Below, one piece after another: positions 1 through 8,495 of a stretch of 64,000 nt of DNA. The DNA is from a virus, in IMG/VR virus record IMGVR_UViG_3300029267_003532, positions 1-64,000 of that record, one strand, 5' to 3'. Numbering within the stretch: position 1 is the first letter of the stretch; each line of letters begins with the position of its first letter. The notes below the pieces were generated by a model. It worked only from the letters and a program-made list of their open reading frames with translations. It did not search any database and was not told where the DNA came from. The position numbers and the translations under genes were made by a program.

Positions 1-735
1 CTGGTACACGGCATCGATGCCCACCCCCGGGTACGTCGGCGTGCTCAGTCCCAGCTTGATCTTGAATCGGCTGTCTCCGAGCCGGTCGTAGATTAGCGGG
101 ATCGCCGCCGGGGGAATGCGATCCCACTCGTCAATGATCGCAATGTCCGCCGGAACCTGCGCCAACTGGGCAGCTTTGTCGGGCCGGCCCTGCGGGATGT
201 GCGTCCCTCGCAGGTAGAGCGCGCCGCGTTGAAACGTCTTGAGCCCAACGTTGTCCGTATCGCCGGCGGTCTCACGCAACCGGGGGCTGTGCGCGATCGC
301 TGGGTCTACGCGCGTGTGCGCAAAGTCGCCGGCGATCCCCGAGCCCGGAGGAAGCGCATAGAACACGTTCAGGCCAAACTCGTCGATGCCGTAGAAACCC
401 ACGTTCAGCGCGAACTCGGTCGCGCCTACCTGCGACGACTTGCGCAGGACGAACAGCGGCGCGACGCACGTGCCGGCGTAGGCTTCCAGTAGGACCGTTC
501 CTATGTCGTTGTAAAGGGGCACTAGCCACGGGTACTCGGCCAGGCTGAACGAGCTATACTCCCGCGTCCTTCTATTCTGTATGACCCGGTTCTGTTCTAC
601 CCACTGGAGGAATGTTCTCGTCGGCAGCCGAGTCGCTTGTCCCGGGGGTAAGATCAGCGCCGAGAGTTCGTCTTTCTCTTGCTCGGTCAAGTAAGGCCAC
701 AAGTCGCGCAAGTCGCTGCTCGTCGGTAAGATCAT
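1..735 (-). CDS. terL: Terminase large subunit, lambda gpA family (5' part, runs off the window)
   Basis: Manual translation from the ATG at 735 gives MILPTSSDLRDLWPYLTEQEKDE...FSLAEYPWL...VLRKSSQVGATE...DIAIIDEWDR...LSTPTYPG, i.e. gpA-type Walker A (KSSQVGxTE), Walker B and STPT coupling motif. It is absent from the ORF track because it has no stop codon in the window. Confidence 0.9.
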   Translation of the reverse strand, partial: MILPTSSDLRDLWPYLTEQEKDELSALILPPGQATRLPTRTFLQWVEQNRVIQNRRTREYSSFSLAEYPWLVPLYNDIGTVLLEAYAGTCVAPLFVLRKSSQVGATEFALNVGFYGIDEFGLNVFYALPPGSGIAGDFAHTRVDPAIAHSPRLRETAGDTDNVGLKTFQRGALYLRGTHIPQGRPDKAAQLAQVPADIAIIDEWDRIPPAAIPLIYDRLGDSRFKIKLGLSTPTYPGVGIDAVYQ

Positions 736-1153
736 CGGAGATCACAATCTCGTGCTCTGGTCCAGTACCCTCATGACGGATGCGAGACGGTTGCTCGGTT
801 CCCAGCAACTTAGCCTCTTGCGCCACGCTGAGACGAATCTCTGTGTAGTCTTTCTCTCCCCAAGCTGCACGCCGAGCCTCGCGCAGTTCGGCCACCTGGC
901 GACCGCGTAGAGTTTCAGTGTCGTCAATGGCCTTTTCCCGCCATTGTTTTCGCAATGCCGTCAAGTCGCGGCTCAGCGTCGACTTATCGTATGGCTTGCC
1001 GTTAACCGGATTGACCAACCCTGCCCCGTGAGGCGATGGCAGAGGCAACCGTTCCTCGATCTCATGCAACGTGAGCCCACGAAGATACAATCGCGCGACC
1101 CACAGTCGTCGATATTCAATTCGCGCCTTGTCGCTTGTCGTCCAACGGGCCAC
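572..1153 (-). CDS. terS: Terminase small subunit-like HTH protein
   Basis: N-terminal HTH (RRLWVARLYLRGLTLHEI...KSTLSRDL), C-terminal 'EAKLLG...HEGTG...DLTDEQ' typical of TerS, and position directly upstream of terL. Confidence 0.75.
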   Translation of the reverse strand: MARWTTSDKARIEYRRLWVARLYLRGLTLHEIEERLPLPSPHGAGLVNPVNGKPYDKSTLSRDLTALRKQWREKAIDDTETLRGRQVAELREARRAAWGEKDYTEIRLSVAQEAKLLGTEQPSRIRHEGTGPEHEIVISDDLTDEQRLARLVALLDRARERRTLGADLTPGTSDSAADENIPPVGRTEPGHTE

Positions 1154-1207
1154 TATTGCACTCCATGCGATGCAATCTTAAATCTGCATCAAATTCGAAA
1201 CTGACCC

Positions 1208-1236
1208 TTGACTTCCGGCCAAACCAGAGCTATGAT
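1208..1236 (+). promoter_or_regulatory. sigma70-type promoter of a small moron-like gene
   Basis: TTGACT-17 bp-TATGAT. Confidence 0.55.
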
Positions 1237-1285
1237 GCCGTCCGAAACAAACAATAACACGAATTGCACAATCGGAGACAGTACA

Positions 1286-1534
1286 ATGCAAATCGAACCA
1301 TTTAGCCCCGAATGGCACGTTCGCGAGCAAGCCTGGGCTGACGAATGCAACGCCAACTTTGAAGACGCCGCCGCACAACTAGTCACCCAAGGCTACACGC
1401 GCCACGATCACGATCGCCGGCACTACCCCTCGACCTTTCACAAGGACGGCGAAACCCAAGTTTTGGTCCGAGACCTAGGTTCCAGCAAATGGCGCGCGCG
1501 CACATACAGCGACAGCGAAATGCACTACCTATAG
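1286..1534 (+). CDS. Hypothetical protein (moron-like, opposite strand to its neighbours)
   Basis: GGAG RBS before ATG 1286 and its own promoter. Confidence 0.6.
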   Translation: MQIEPFSPEWHVREQAWADECNANFEDAAAQLVTQGYTRHDHDRRHYPSTFHKDGETQVLVRDLGSSKWRARTYSDSEMHYL

Positions 1535-2911
1535 GGCCAACTCGCCTTCGACCAGAACAGGCGCCAGACCGAGCCCAACGAGACGCTCCAGAATGACCGC
1601 GACATAGGCCGGTGAAATCTCCATCCCATAGACGAGCCGGCCTGTTTGCTCCCCGGCCACGTGCTGGCTTCCACTCCCCGAAAACGGCTCGTAGCACAGC
1701 TCGCCCATCTTGCAGTGCTGCTCCATCGGAACGGCGAACACCTCGACCGGTTTTGATGTCGGATGCAGTGTGGTTGTACCGGGCGAGATGGTCGGGATTT
1801 CCCACACACTACGTGGGTAATCGTCGGACACCCGAGACGGCTTTTTCCCCTTGACCCACCCGAAAAAGCACGGCTCGTGTTGCCACAGATACCATGATCG
1901 GGTCAACACAGGGCGATCCTTGACCCACACGATTTGTTGATGCACGAACGCGCCAAACTCGGTCCAGACGCCCTCCAGCATCGCCTGGTTGCGAGAAGCG
2001 TGCCAACAATACCAAGCTGCATTGGGCTCGATCGCGTGCTCAACCGCGCAACGGATGAAGCCGCGATATAACTCGCCGTCTGCGTCGCCTTCGTCCCATG
2101 TGATACCATAGGATTCTGACCAGTCCTTGTTCTTGTCCGGCTTGTTCCACTTGTGCGGGTGATTGTCGCCGGTATATCCGACCAGGTAGGGTGGGTCTGT
2201 GGCGAATAGGATCGCGCGCTCGCCGGCCATCAGTCGGGTAACGTCGTCGGGACTGGTGCTATCGCCGCACATGAGACGGTGACTTTTCCCGGGCACACGC
2301 TTGCTTGGAATCTCCCAAATCTGCCCAACTGCTGTTCCCCACTTTTCTTGGAGTTCGGCTGCTTGGTCGATTTGCGGGCCGGGATCCGGAAGCGGAGCCT
2401 CGCCGCCGGCGACCAGTGCACCCCACTCGTCGCCCAGGCTGACCGGCATCTCGCCAGCCTCGGCCAGCCCTCGCAGCACGTCATCGATACCCTCGTTCCA
2501 AAGGCTCATCATCTCGGTAAGGCCGAGGGGGCTGCCGCCCAGCGTCAGATTGTTGTGGTCGATGCCATAGGCTTGGGCGGCAGCCTCGGACGATGCGTCT
2601 ACGCCAAAGAGGACAGGCACGGCCCAGCGGCCGCCTTCAAGGACCTCGACACCACGCGGTGGAGGACTGCTGTCATCGCGCATCGCCGCCAGGGCCTGAA
2701 ATCGTCCGTTCCCTTCGACAATGCCACCCTGGCCGCCGTTTAGCGCTGGCTCGAATTTTGGCGGGTCTTTGAACCCGTGCCGTACGATCGATATGCTGAG
2801 CGCTTCGAGGTCGTGCTTTTTCGGATTCTCCTCCCAGAGCAACGCGATGTCCAGGGGCACGTATTCTAGTCGTAAGCGTTCGGTGTCAGTCAATGTGGTC
2901 TTGGCTCCCAA
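1529..2911 (-). CDS. DNA adenine methyltransferase with ParB-like N-terminal domain
   Basis: DPPY catalytic motif, HPTSKP, EPFSGSGS SAM-binding motif, N-terminal NPKKH/IVEGNGR ParB-like domain. Confidence 0.9.
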   Translation of the reverse strand: MGAKTTLTDTERLRLEYVPLDIALLWEENPKKHDLEALSISIVRHGFKDPPKFEPALNGGQGGIVEGNGRFQALAAMRDDSSPPPRGVEVLEGGRWAVPVLFGVDASSEAAAQAYGIDHNNLTLGGSPLGLTEMMSLWNEGIDDVLRGLAEAGEMPVSLGDEWGALVAGGEAPLPDPGPQIDQAAELQEKWGTAVGQIWEIPSKRVPGKSHRLMCGDSTSPDDVTRLMAGERAILFATDPPYLVGYTGDNHPHKWNKPDKNKDWSESYGITWDEGDADGELYRGFIRCAVEHAIEPNAAWYCWHASRNQAMLEGVWTEFGAFVHQQIVWVKDRPVLTRSWYLWQHEPCFFGWVKGKKPSRVSDDYPRSVWEIPTISPGTTTLHPTSKPVEVFAVPMEQHCKMGELCYEPFSGSGSQHVAGEQTGRLVYGMEISPAYVAVILERLVGLGLAPVLVEGELAL

Positions 2912-3321
2912 TTATGATTAGGATCATAATCTGAATGGTTCAGCTTGTACGCCCGCGCCATCGCCGATACATTGACCATCCGTTCGACCCGCGCACTCAA
3001 TCCTGGAAATGGGGCCAGGTGCGCCGGTATATCGGCCATAATCGGCGCGCAGCCCTCGGGTAGCTCCACACAATACCGGTCGAGCGGGCCAGCATCTCGC
3101 GCCCGCGCCATCAGCGACCACGGCGTGCCAGCGGCATCCACGCCGGCGAGATAGACCAGATCCCCGCACTGCGCTTCGCCCGACTCGTAAGCCGAAACAG
3201 GCTGCGCGACCCACGGCTCCATCTCAGACAAATCGTAGACCCCGCCGCAGTACAACGGCTGGCCGACGTATAACCCGGCATAGATTGTGGCGACCGCGAG
3301 CAAGAGATCCATAATCCACAC
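2890..3321 (-). CDS. Exported protein, possible RlpA/double-psi beta-barrel fold
   Basis: Hydrophobic N-terminus; CGD...ARARDAGP...MADI pattern resembles DPBB domains. Confidence 0.4.
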   Translation of the reverse strand: MWIMDLLLAVATIYAGLYVGQPLYCGGVYDLSEMEPWVAQPVSAYESGEAQCGDLVYLAGVDAAGTPWSLMARARDAGPLDRYCVELPEGCAPIMADIPAHLAPFPGLSARVERMVNVSAMARAYKLNHSDYDPNHNWEPRPH

Positions 3322-3367
3322 AAAACGAATCTAGCCCGGTTCCACCGAACCAGGCTAGACACGTTCC

Positions 3368-3883
3368 CTACACCCGATTGAGCCCCCGCGCCACACTCGC
3401 AGAGACCTGGCCCTGCACGCCGACGATCTGTCGCCAGCGATCAACGACAAACTTGACGAATACCTCCTCGGGGACAATCGCCAACGGCGTGTCGGCGATG
3501 AACTCCCGATAGACCTGTCGGGCTGCGTCCTCGACCTGCGACTGAGGAAGCTCTCTGAGCCGGTTGCCGGTCTCTTCCTTCAGCGCATCGAGGACCCATC
3601 CGACGAATTCCAGTATCTGATCGAGCAGCTCTTCGTCTGTATCCCCTCGACGCTTCAGCCACATACGGAATGCCCAGGTTACGATGGCGAGGACGATCAC
3701 TGCGATCAGTAAAATCCAGACCCACGACGCGGACGGGTCGAGCCCCAGCGCGTGTGCACCGGGTTGGGTTTGGCCCAGCGCCAAGGTGCCGCCGATACCG
3801 CTGAGGATAGTGAGAATGAAAGAGAGGACTTCGATCAGAATAGACAACCACTGTGGACGGGAACCGGAGTCAAAGGTATGCAT
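3368..3883 (-). CDS. Membrane protein, putative holin
   Basis: Two TM helices followed by a charged helical C-terminus; first gene behind a late-type promoter. Confidence 0.5.
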   Translation of the reverse strand: MHTFDSGSRPQWLSILIEVLSFILTILSGIGGTLALGQTQPGAHALGLDPSASWVWILLIAVIVLAIVTWAFRMWLKRRGDTDEELLDQILEFVGWVLDALKEETGNRLRELPQSQVEDAARQVYREFIADTPLAIVPEEVFVKFVVDRWRQIVGVQGQVSASVARGLNRV

Positions 3884-3936
3884 GCTGTCTCCTCGTATCC
3901 CCCCACCAAGTAAAGCTGACAGAAAATGTCAGCTTT

Positions 3937-3989
3937 ATTATACCAAAAGGTATAGTCTCAAGTCAAGGGGAAATAGAACGGATTTTCTA
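3937..3989 (-). promoter_or_regulatory. Late-type promoter with upstream LexA-like box
   Basis: TTGACT-18-TATAAT containing the palindrome TATACC-N4-GGTATA; TAGAACGGATTTTCTA at 3974-3989. Confidence 0.7.
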
Positions 3990-4011
3990 ATCCGGGAAGG
4001 AAATCGAGGGG

Positions 4012-4053
4012 AAAAACAAAGCGCCCTCGACTGGGGGGGGAGGCCGAGGGCGC
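4012..4053 (-). terminator. Intrinsic terminator ending a short transcript of about 70 nt
   Basis: AGCGCCCTCG stem, C-rich loop, followed by TTGTTTTT on the minus strand. Confidence 0.7.
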
Positions 4054-4089
4054 TGTCCTTGCCGCCTTGCATGGGGTTCGGACAAGCTC

Positions 4090-4142
4090 AGTATAGCACA
4101 AACGTTCTGCGAAAGTCAAGGCGGATTAGAACGGATTTTCTA
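4090..4142 (-). promoter_or_regulatory. Second late-type promoter with identical upstream box
   Basis: TTGACT-18-TATACT; TAGAACGGATTTTCTA at 4127-4142; an extra AGAACGTTTGTGCT box in the spacer/-10 region. Confidence 0.65.
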
Positions 4143-4282
4143 GTTTGGGCGGTTCTGAGTAGGAGGGTTAGTAACGAAAGATCACTCTCCTCGGGCAGTC
4201 TATTTCGTGATTTGACACGGGGCTGTTTCAACGATATACTGTGTCTAATGTGTCTTATATGCCTACCTATGGGGTACAGTAA

Positions 4283-4486
4283 ATGTCAAGCATCCTTACT
4301 GCAGGAGAAGCTGCGAAACGGCTAGGTGTTACGCAACGAACCATAGCGCGGTGGATCAAAAAGGGACGGTTTCCAAACGCCTACAAGCTGGATCCCACCG
4401 AACGAACATCTCCCTACCGTATTCCCGTGACCGACATCGTCGCATTCGAGGAGACGCGAAGGACCAGCATCGCCGTAACCGGCTAG
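4283..4486 (+). CDS. xis: Excisionase-like MerR-type HTH protein
   Basis: ILTAGEAAKRLGVTQRTIARWIKKGRFPNAYK...YRIP; adjacent to attP; promoter TTGACA-17-TATACT upstream. Confidence 0.8.
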   Translation: MSSILTAGEAAKRLGVTQRTIARWIKKGRFPNAYKLDPTERTSPYRIPVTDIVAFEETRRTSIAVTG

Positions 4487-4614
4487 TCTCTCCCAAAAAG
4501 AAAGGTCACCAGTGCGATAACACTGATGACCTTAACGCTAGACGCCCAATCTCTCACCCAGAGATATTGCACCTTAACAATTGAATTGTGAAGGCTCTTT
4601 GTTGCGTCTTCGCT

Positions 4615-4657
4615 GTGAGCCACATAGGACTCGAACCTATAACCCGCTGATTAAGAG
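4615..4657 (-). other. attP core: 3' half of tRNA-Lys(CTT)
   Basis: Minus strand CTCTTAA-TCAGC-GGGTT-ATAGG-TTCGAGT-CCTAT-GTGGCTC-AC gives anticodon loop, 3' anticodon stem, T arm and acceptor strand. The 5' half is absent, and the site lies between xis and int. Confidence 0.85.
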
Positions 4658-4720
4658 CAACCAGGTGACGTGGTGATACGTATCAACGGGTCATAGCATC
4701 CGACAACTGTCGTACCGGAC

Positions 4721-5581
4721 TCAACTCGAAATGCCGATCCCAAACCTCATCATTCCGAGGATCAGCCGCAGCGTCTGCAGATCCCCGCCCTTACTCACAT
4801 ACAAGCGGGCAAACGTATGTCGCCAAATGTGGCACATCCGTGGCTTACACGCCACGCCGGCCAGCGCCGCCCGTCGGCGCAAAAGCTGATTGAGCCCATT
4901 CGGCGTCAGCCCTCGGCATGTCAACGTCGCCCGGCCACCCACGGCGACAAACACCGTATCGGCGGCCTCGGGGCGAACCTCCAGCCAGGCCGAGAGAACG
5001 TTCGCCGTCTCTGTCCAAAACGGCACCGTGCGATCGGCGTGCGACTTGGAGCCAGCCGCTCGGACTACCACCAGGCCGCGATCCTCGCCGAGATGAACGT
5101 CTCCTGGCTCCAGGCGCACCAGCTCGCCGGCGCGCAGACCCGTATCGAGCAGCAGCATCATGATCGCCCGATCGCGGAGACCGACTGGACTGTCGTTGCA
5201 CGTGTCCAGCAGCGCCTGGACCTCGTCCAGCGACCACGTCTCGGGCAACTGTCGGTCCGGCTTGATCCGGGGCCGGCCAGCCATCGGGTCAACGTCGAGC
5301 CAGCGCTCAGCAACGCAGAATCGAGTAAACGCGCGGATCGCGCGATCATACGCGGCCACCGTGCCGGAGCGAATCTCAGAGCGCTCGACCCGGGCCTGCA
5401 AGTGCGCGAAAAACACTCGCAGGCTGGAACGAGTCAGGCTCGACACGTCACCGGCGCCCTGTTTCTCCAGGAACGCGATCAGGCTGCCGAGTTGCGTCTC
5501 GTAGAACCGGATCGTCGCCGGCCGTCGACCATACGATCGGCGGTCCAATATAAACTCTGTCAGTGCGGCCTGAAGCTCCAT
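4721..5581 (-). pseudogene. int: Tyrosine integrase (XerC/D-like), apparently C-terminally truncated
   Basis: N-terminal SAM-like domain, RDRAIMMLLLDTGLRAGEL and HIWRH are present; the protein ends LRLILG-MMRFGIGISS* without the LGH histidine or the catalytic Tyr. Confidence 0.75.
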
Positions 5582-5718
5582 AGGGTTCTCCAATGGAATC
5601 AAGCCGCCTTGCAGTAGGGCAGGCGCGGCGGGGTACGCTTCCCAGGGCAACCCCCGTCGCGCCAACCATCTTATCATAGATCCAGATCAGGCGCAAACGC
5701 CACACGAAAGGAACGACC

Positions 5719-5910
5719 GTGGAAGACGAAGCCGAGTATGTAACCGAGGAAGACCCCGTTGAAGCAGCGCTCAAGCAACTTGGGATCGAAAGCGGGGCCT
5801 ATGCCGACAAGTTGCGCATCCTAGCCGAAAAACACTACAGATCCATAGCAAACGAACTGAGGTGGATCATCGACCAGGTCTACGGCGAGCAAATCATCGC
5901 CGAGGGCTAG
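5719..5910 (+). CDS. Small Arc/RHH-like DNA-binding protein
   Basis: KLRILAEKHYRSIANELRWII resembles Arc helices; AAGGA RBS. Confidence 0.45.
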   Translation: MEDEAEYVTEEDPVEAALKQLGIESGAYADKLRILAEKHYRSIANELRWIIDQVYGEQIIAEG

Positions 5911-6057
5911 CCTTACCCGATCACCCGGCACCCAACGCGCGGCGCGGGGCGTACCATTGCCCAGCGCCGCCGGCGCCCCCGAAACCAACGACGCGAAACT
6001 ACGAGCCCGCACGCATACACTCGACCAACTAGCACCGACCACAGGGGGAAATACCGG

Positions 6058-6585
6058 CTAATCTGAATCCACCGACAGCGATCCATCCTCGCTCCTCTCC
6101 CCCTCGTCGCCGCGCAGCCGGCGCATCAGATCAAATACTCGAGCCTGATCTTCCGGCGACAACTGGTCCAGATCCTCGACCATGCTGTACGCCAACTGTT
6201 CTTTGAGCGTGCGCGGCCCAGGTTCGCCGTCCACTTCGTCAGGATACTGTGGCCCCACCTTGGCAGCTAGGCTCTGAACAGTGGACACAATCGCATCTTG
6301 AACGGGGCCTGCTAAACGGCGAAACCACGTCAACAGATTTCGTTCTTTTTCCTCCACTGACGGCATTGAGGGCAGCGGGGGCAGCAATCCAGCGCGGCGC
6401 ATCACCGCATCAGGAGGCAAGTCGAGCGCTTTCGCGATATTGGAGCAGAAATCAAAACTGACCTCGCGCTGACCACCCAGGATCATATAGACGGTAGACT
6501 CACTTATGTCGGCCCGGCGTGCCAACTCGCGCCGAGTCCAACCCCGTTTTCCTAGTTCGGCCAACAGCCAGTTGTTGAAATCCAT
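6058..6585 (-). CDS. CI-like XRE-family repressor (no S24 peptidase domain seen)
   Basis: GWTRRELARRADISESTVYMILGGQR HTH; divergent from a Cro-like gene. Confidence 0.85.
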   Translation of the reverse strand: MDFNNWLLAELGKRGWTRRELARRADISESTVYMILGGQREVSFDFCSNIAKALDLPPDAVMRRAGLLPPLPSMPSVEEKERNLLTWFRRLAGPVQDAIVSTVQSLAAKVGPQYPDEVDGEPGPRTLKEQLAYSMVEDLDQLSPEDQARVFDLMRRLRGDEGERSEDGSLSVDSD

Positions 6586-6608
6586 ACATCACCGTCTATA
6601 TTTCACGC

Positions 6609-6663
6609 TTGACACATCTTTTTTTGTGTGATATAATCATCTTTAGTGTGAGACATTCTCACA
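6609..6663 (+). promoter_or_regulatory. Early rightward promoter and operator
   Basis: TTGACA...TATAAT (6609-6637); palindrome TGTGAGA-CAT-TCTCACA at 6647-6663. Confidence 0.7.
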
Positions 6664-6680
6664 AGACAGGAGAGGCAAGA

Positions 6681-6899
6681 ATGTCACAAGTCGAGCCCGA
6701 CAACATCAAGCCAAGATCCACCATTATACTGCAACCCATTGATCGCGACATTGCAGCCACTTTGATGAGTCGCTATGGTACAAATCTGTCTGCGACAATT
6801 CGAATGGCTTTACGCGACAAGGCTCGGGCGCTTGGACTACAAATTCCCGGACTACAGATCGACCCGCAATCCGCGCCACCTAGCGTCGCCTTGCGATAA
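6681..6899 (+). CDS. Cro-position small RHH-like regulator
   Basis: AGGAGAGG RBS; beta-strand plus NLSATIRMALR helix. Confidence 0.6.
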   Translation: MSQVEPDNIKPRSTIILQPIDRDIAATLMSRYGTNLSATIRMALRDKARALGLQIPGLQIDPQSAPPSVALR

Positions 6900-7017
6900 G
6901 GGCACGCGGGAGAGAGTACGCTTCCCAGGGCAGAACTCTCTCCTCTGCTCGCTCCCTAGTATATCACAACTGTAAAGATTTTGTCCACTCTAGTGTAGAG
7001 ACAGGGGGATTCAAATT

Positions 7018-8016
7018 ATGATCACAACCGGAAACACACATAAACCAGACCAGCACATCATCGTAGCCGCTGACATCGGCTATGGCTATACCAAGGCAAC
7101 GTCCATCATCGACGGCGAGACCCTGACCGTCGCGTTTCCCTCGGCCTATGCCCAGGTCGCCCGCCAACTCCACGACGGCAGCAAGCGCAAGCGGATCCAC
7201 ACCTGGGACAACGACTGGTACTTTGGCAAAGACGCGCTCATCTATTCAAAGTCTCCCATCACCAGTCGCGATCGCAACCGCCCACAGGAGATGATCGAGA
7301 TACTCTTCCTCGGCCTGCTCTCCGAGCTTGGGATCTATCATGGTGAGATCGAGCTGCACACCGCCCTGCCCGTCGAATGGCTGGGCGATGCAGATACCCT
7401 GCGCGGCCTGCTCACCGGCCGGCACATCGGGCAGCGCCTTGATCAGAACGACAAGCGCATCGACGTCACCGTAGGTCGTCCCCTGGGCAACGAGCGCGAG
7501 CGTAGCGGAGTCTTTTTCTACCCTCAGCCTCTGGCCTCCTTTCTCAGCCGGGCCGCCCACGACGACACGCTCTGGGAAGACTGGTCCACCGTACTGATCG
7601 TCGACGTTGGCACTGGCACCTTTAACGAGTGCTTGATCGTGGCAGGGGAGTGGATCGACGAGCGCGCGACTTCCAAGCCCCACGGCCTGGGCGTCGTCCT
7701 CGAGGCCGCCCTCCAGGACCAGGAAGCGCAGACTGGACGCCGTGACCTGCTGCACATCGCGAGGGGAAAGCTCTGGGCGCGCAACCGCGAACTGCTCGAC
7801 CTGGCGCAACCGCACATCGACGCTCTGGCCGAAGACGTCATCCAGGCTGCCGCTGACATCGCCGAAAACATCAGCCTGCAGATGGTCATCCTCACCGGTG
7901 GAGGCGCGCACTTTATCCAGTCACACGTCCGCGCCCGTTTCGGAGACATCGTCAGTGTTTCGCAGTATCCCGAACTCGACAACGTCAAGGGCCTGCTCGA
8001 CGCGGCCACAGAATAG
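7018..8016 (+). CDS. parM: ParM/StbA-family actin-like ATPase
   Basis: DIGYGYTK phosphate-1, PQP, VDVGTGT phosphate-2, LTGGGA adenosine motif and NVKG. Confidence 0.9.
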   Translation: MITTGNTHKPDQHIIVAADIGYGYTKATSIIDGETLTVAFPSAYAQVARQLHDGSKRKRIHTWDNDWYFGKDALIYSKSPITSRDRNRPQEMIEILFLGLLSELGIYHGEIELHTALPVEWLGDADTLRGLLTGRHIGQRLDQNDKRIDVTVGRPLGNERERSGVFFYPQPLASFLSRAAHDDTLWEDWSTVLIVDVGTGTFNECLIVAGEWIDERATSKPHGLGVVLEAALQDQEAQTGRRDLLHIARGKLWARNRELLDLAQPHIDALAEDVIQAAADIAENISLQMVILTGGGAHFIQSHVRARFGDIVSVSQYPELDNVKGLLDAATE

Positions 8017-8017
8017 A

Positions 8018-8078
8018 ACCCCATCGAGTGTATACAATGGTATACACTCGATGGGGTGAATGTATACAATGGTATACA
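8018..8078. repeat. Perfect 18-bp-arm palindrome plus duplicated 18-mer; candidate centromere/operator
   Basis: ACCCCATCGAGTGTATAC-AATG-GTATACACTCGATGGGGT (8018-8057); TGTATACAATGGTATACA at 8029 and 8061. Confidence 0.85.
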
Positions 8079-8079
8079 A

Positions 8080-8343
8080 ATGAAACCCATCTCGGCGCGC
8101 ATCACAGACAACCTATATCAGGCCATCCAGGACCAGGTAGACGCCGGCACGTTTGCCTCTCGCTCGCAGGCCGTCGCCTATTATCTGCAGCGCGGTTTCG
8201 ACGCCGATGCCAATAACCACGAGGCACTGCGCCAGATCGTCCGCGAGGAACTGGCCCGCGTCCAACTCCAGCCGGCAGGACAGCCGGCACAAAAGACCGC
8301 TAACCCCAAGCGCGCCGCCATGCTAAACAAAGTTGTCCGATGA
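8080..8343 (+). CDS. Ribbon-helix-helix protein, ParR-like adaptor
   Basis: MKPISARITDNLY...FASRSQAVAYYL RHH, LRQIVREEL coiled segment and flexible tail; follows parM. Confidence 0.75.
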   Translation: MKPISARITDNLYQAIQDQVDAGTFASRSQAVAYYLQRGFDADANNHEALRQIVREELARVQLQPAGQPAQKTANPKRAAMLNKVVR

Positions 8344-8495
8344 ACGACTACAAAACTGAGATCGGCTGGACAATCGCATTACTTACCCTGATCCTGGGCC
8401 TGCCCGCCTACTACTGGGCGCGGCAGAAACTCGCGGACTACATCCAGCGCCGCAACGCGCCGCCGATCCGCTACAAAGGGAGGAGCACAAAATGA
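8340..8495 (+). CDS. Small single-TM membrane protein
   Basis: MNDYKTEIGWTIALLTLILGLPAYYW..., coupled by ATGA overlaps at both ends; below the ORF-track cutoff. Confidence 0.6.
   Translation: MNDYKTEIGWTIALLTLILGLPAYYWARQKLADYIQRRNAPPIRYKGRSTK

Noticed and set aside
2918-2945. The 18-bp motif as an Xer dif site
   Set aside because: It has CATAA but no TTATG XerD arm after a 6-bp spacer
4615-4700. Complete tRNA-Lys gene
   Set aside because: Only the anticodon loop to acceptor strand is present, with no D arm or 5' acceptor strand, so it is treated as the attP core
4689-4757. Integrase C-terminus restorable by inversion (plus strand reads GHSIRQLSY) or by TGA readthrough (SS*VRY)
   Set aside because: His-to-Tyr spacing is wrong in the first case, the His is missing in the second, and there are no flanking inverted repeats; probably chance
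8018-8057. Protelomerase telRL site of a linear phage-plasmid
   Set aside because: No protelomerase is recognised, the palindrome has an asymmetric centre, and it lies inside an operon
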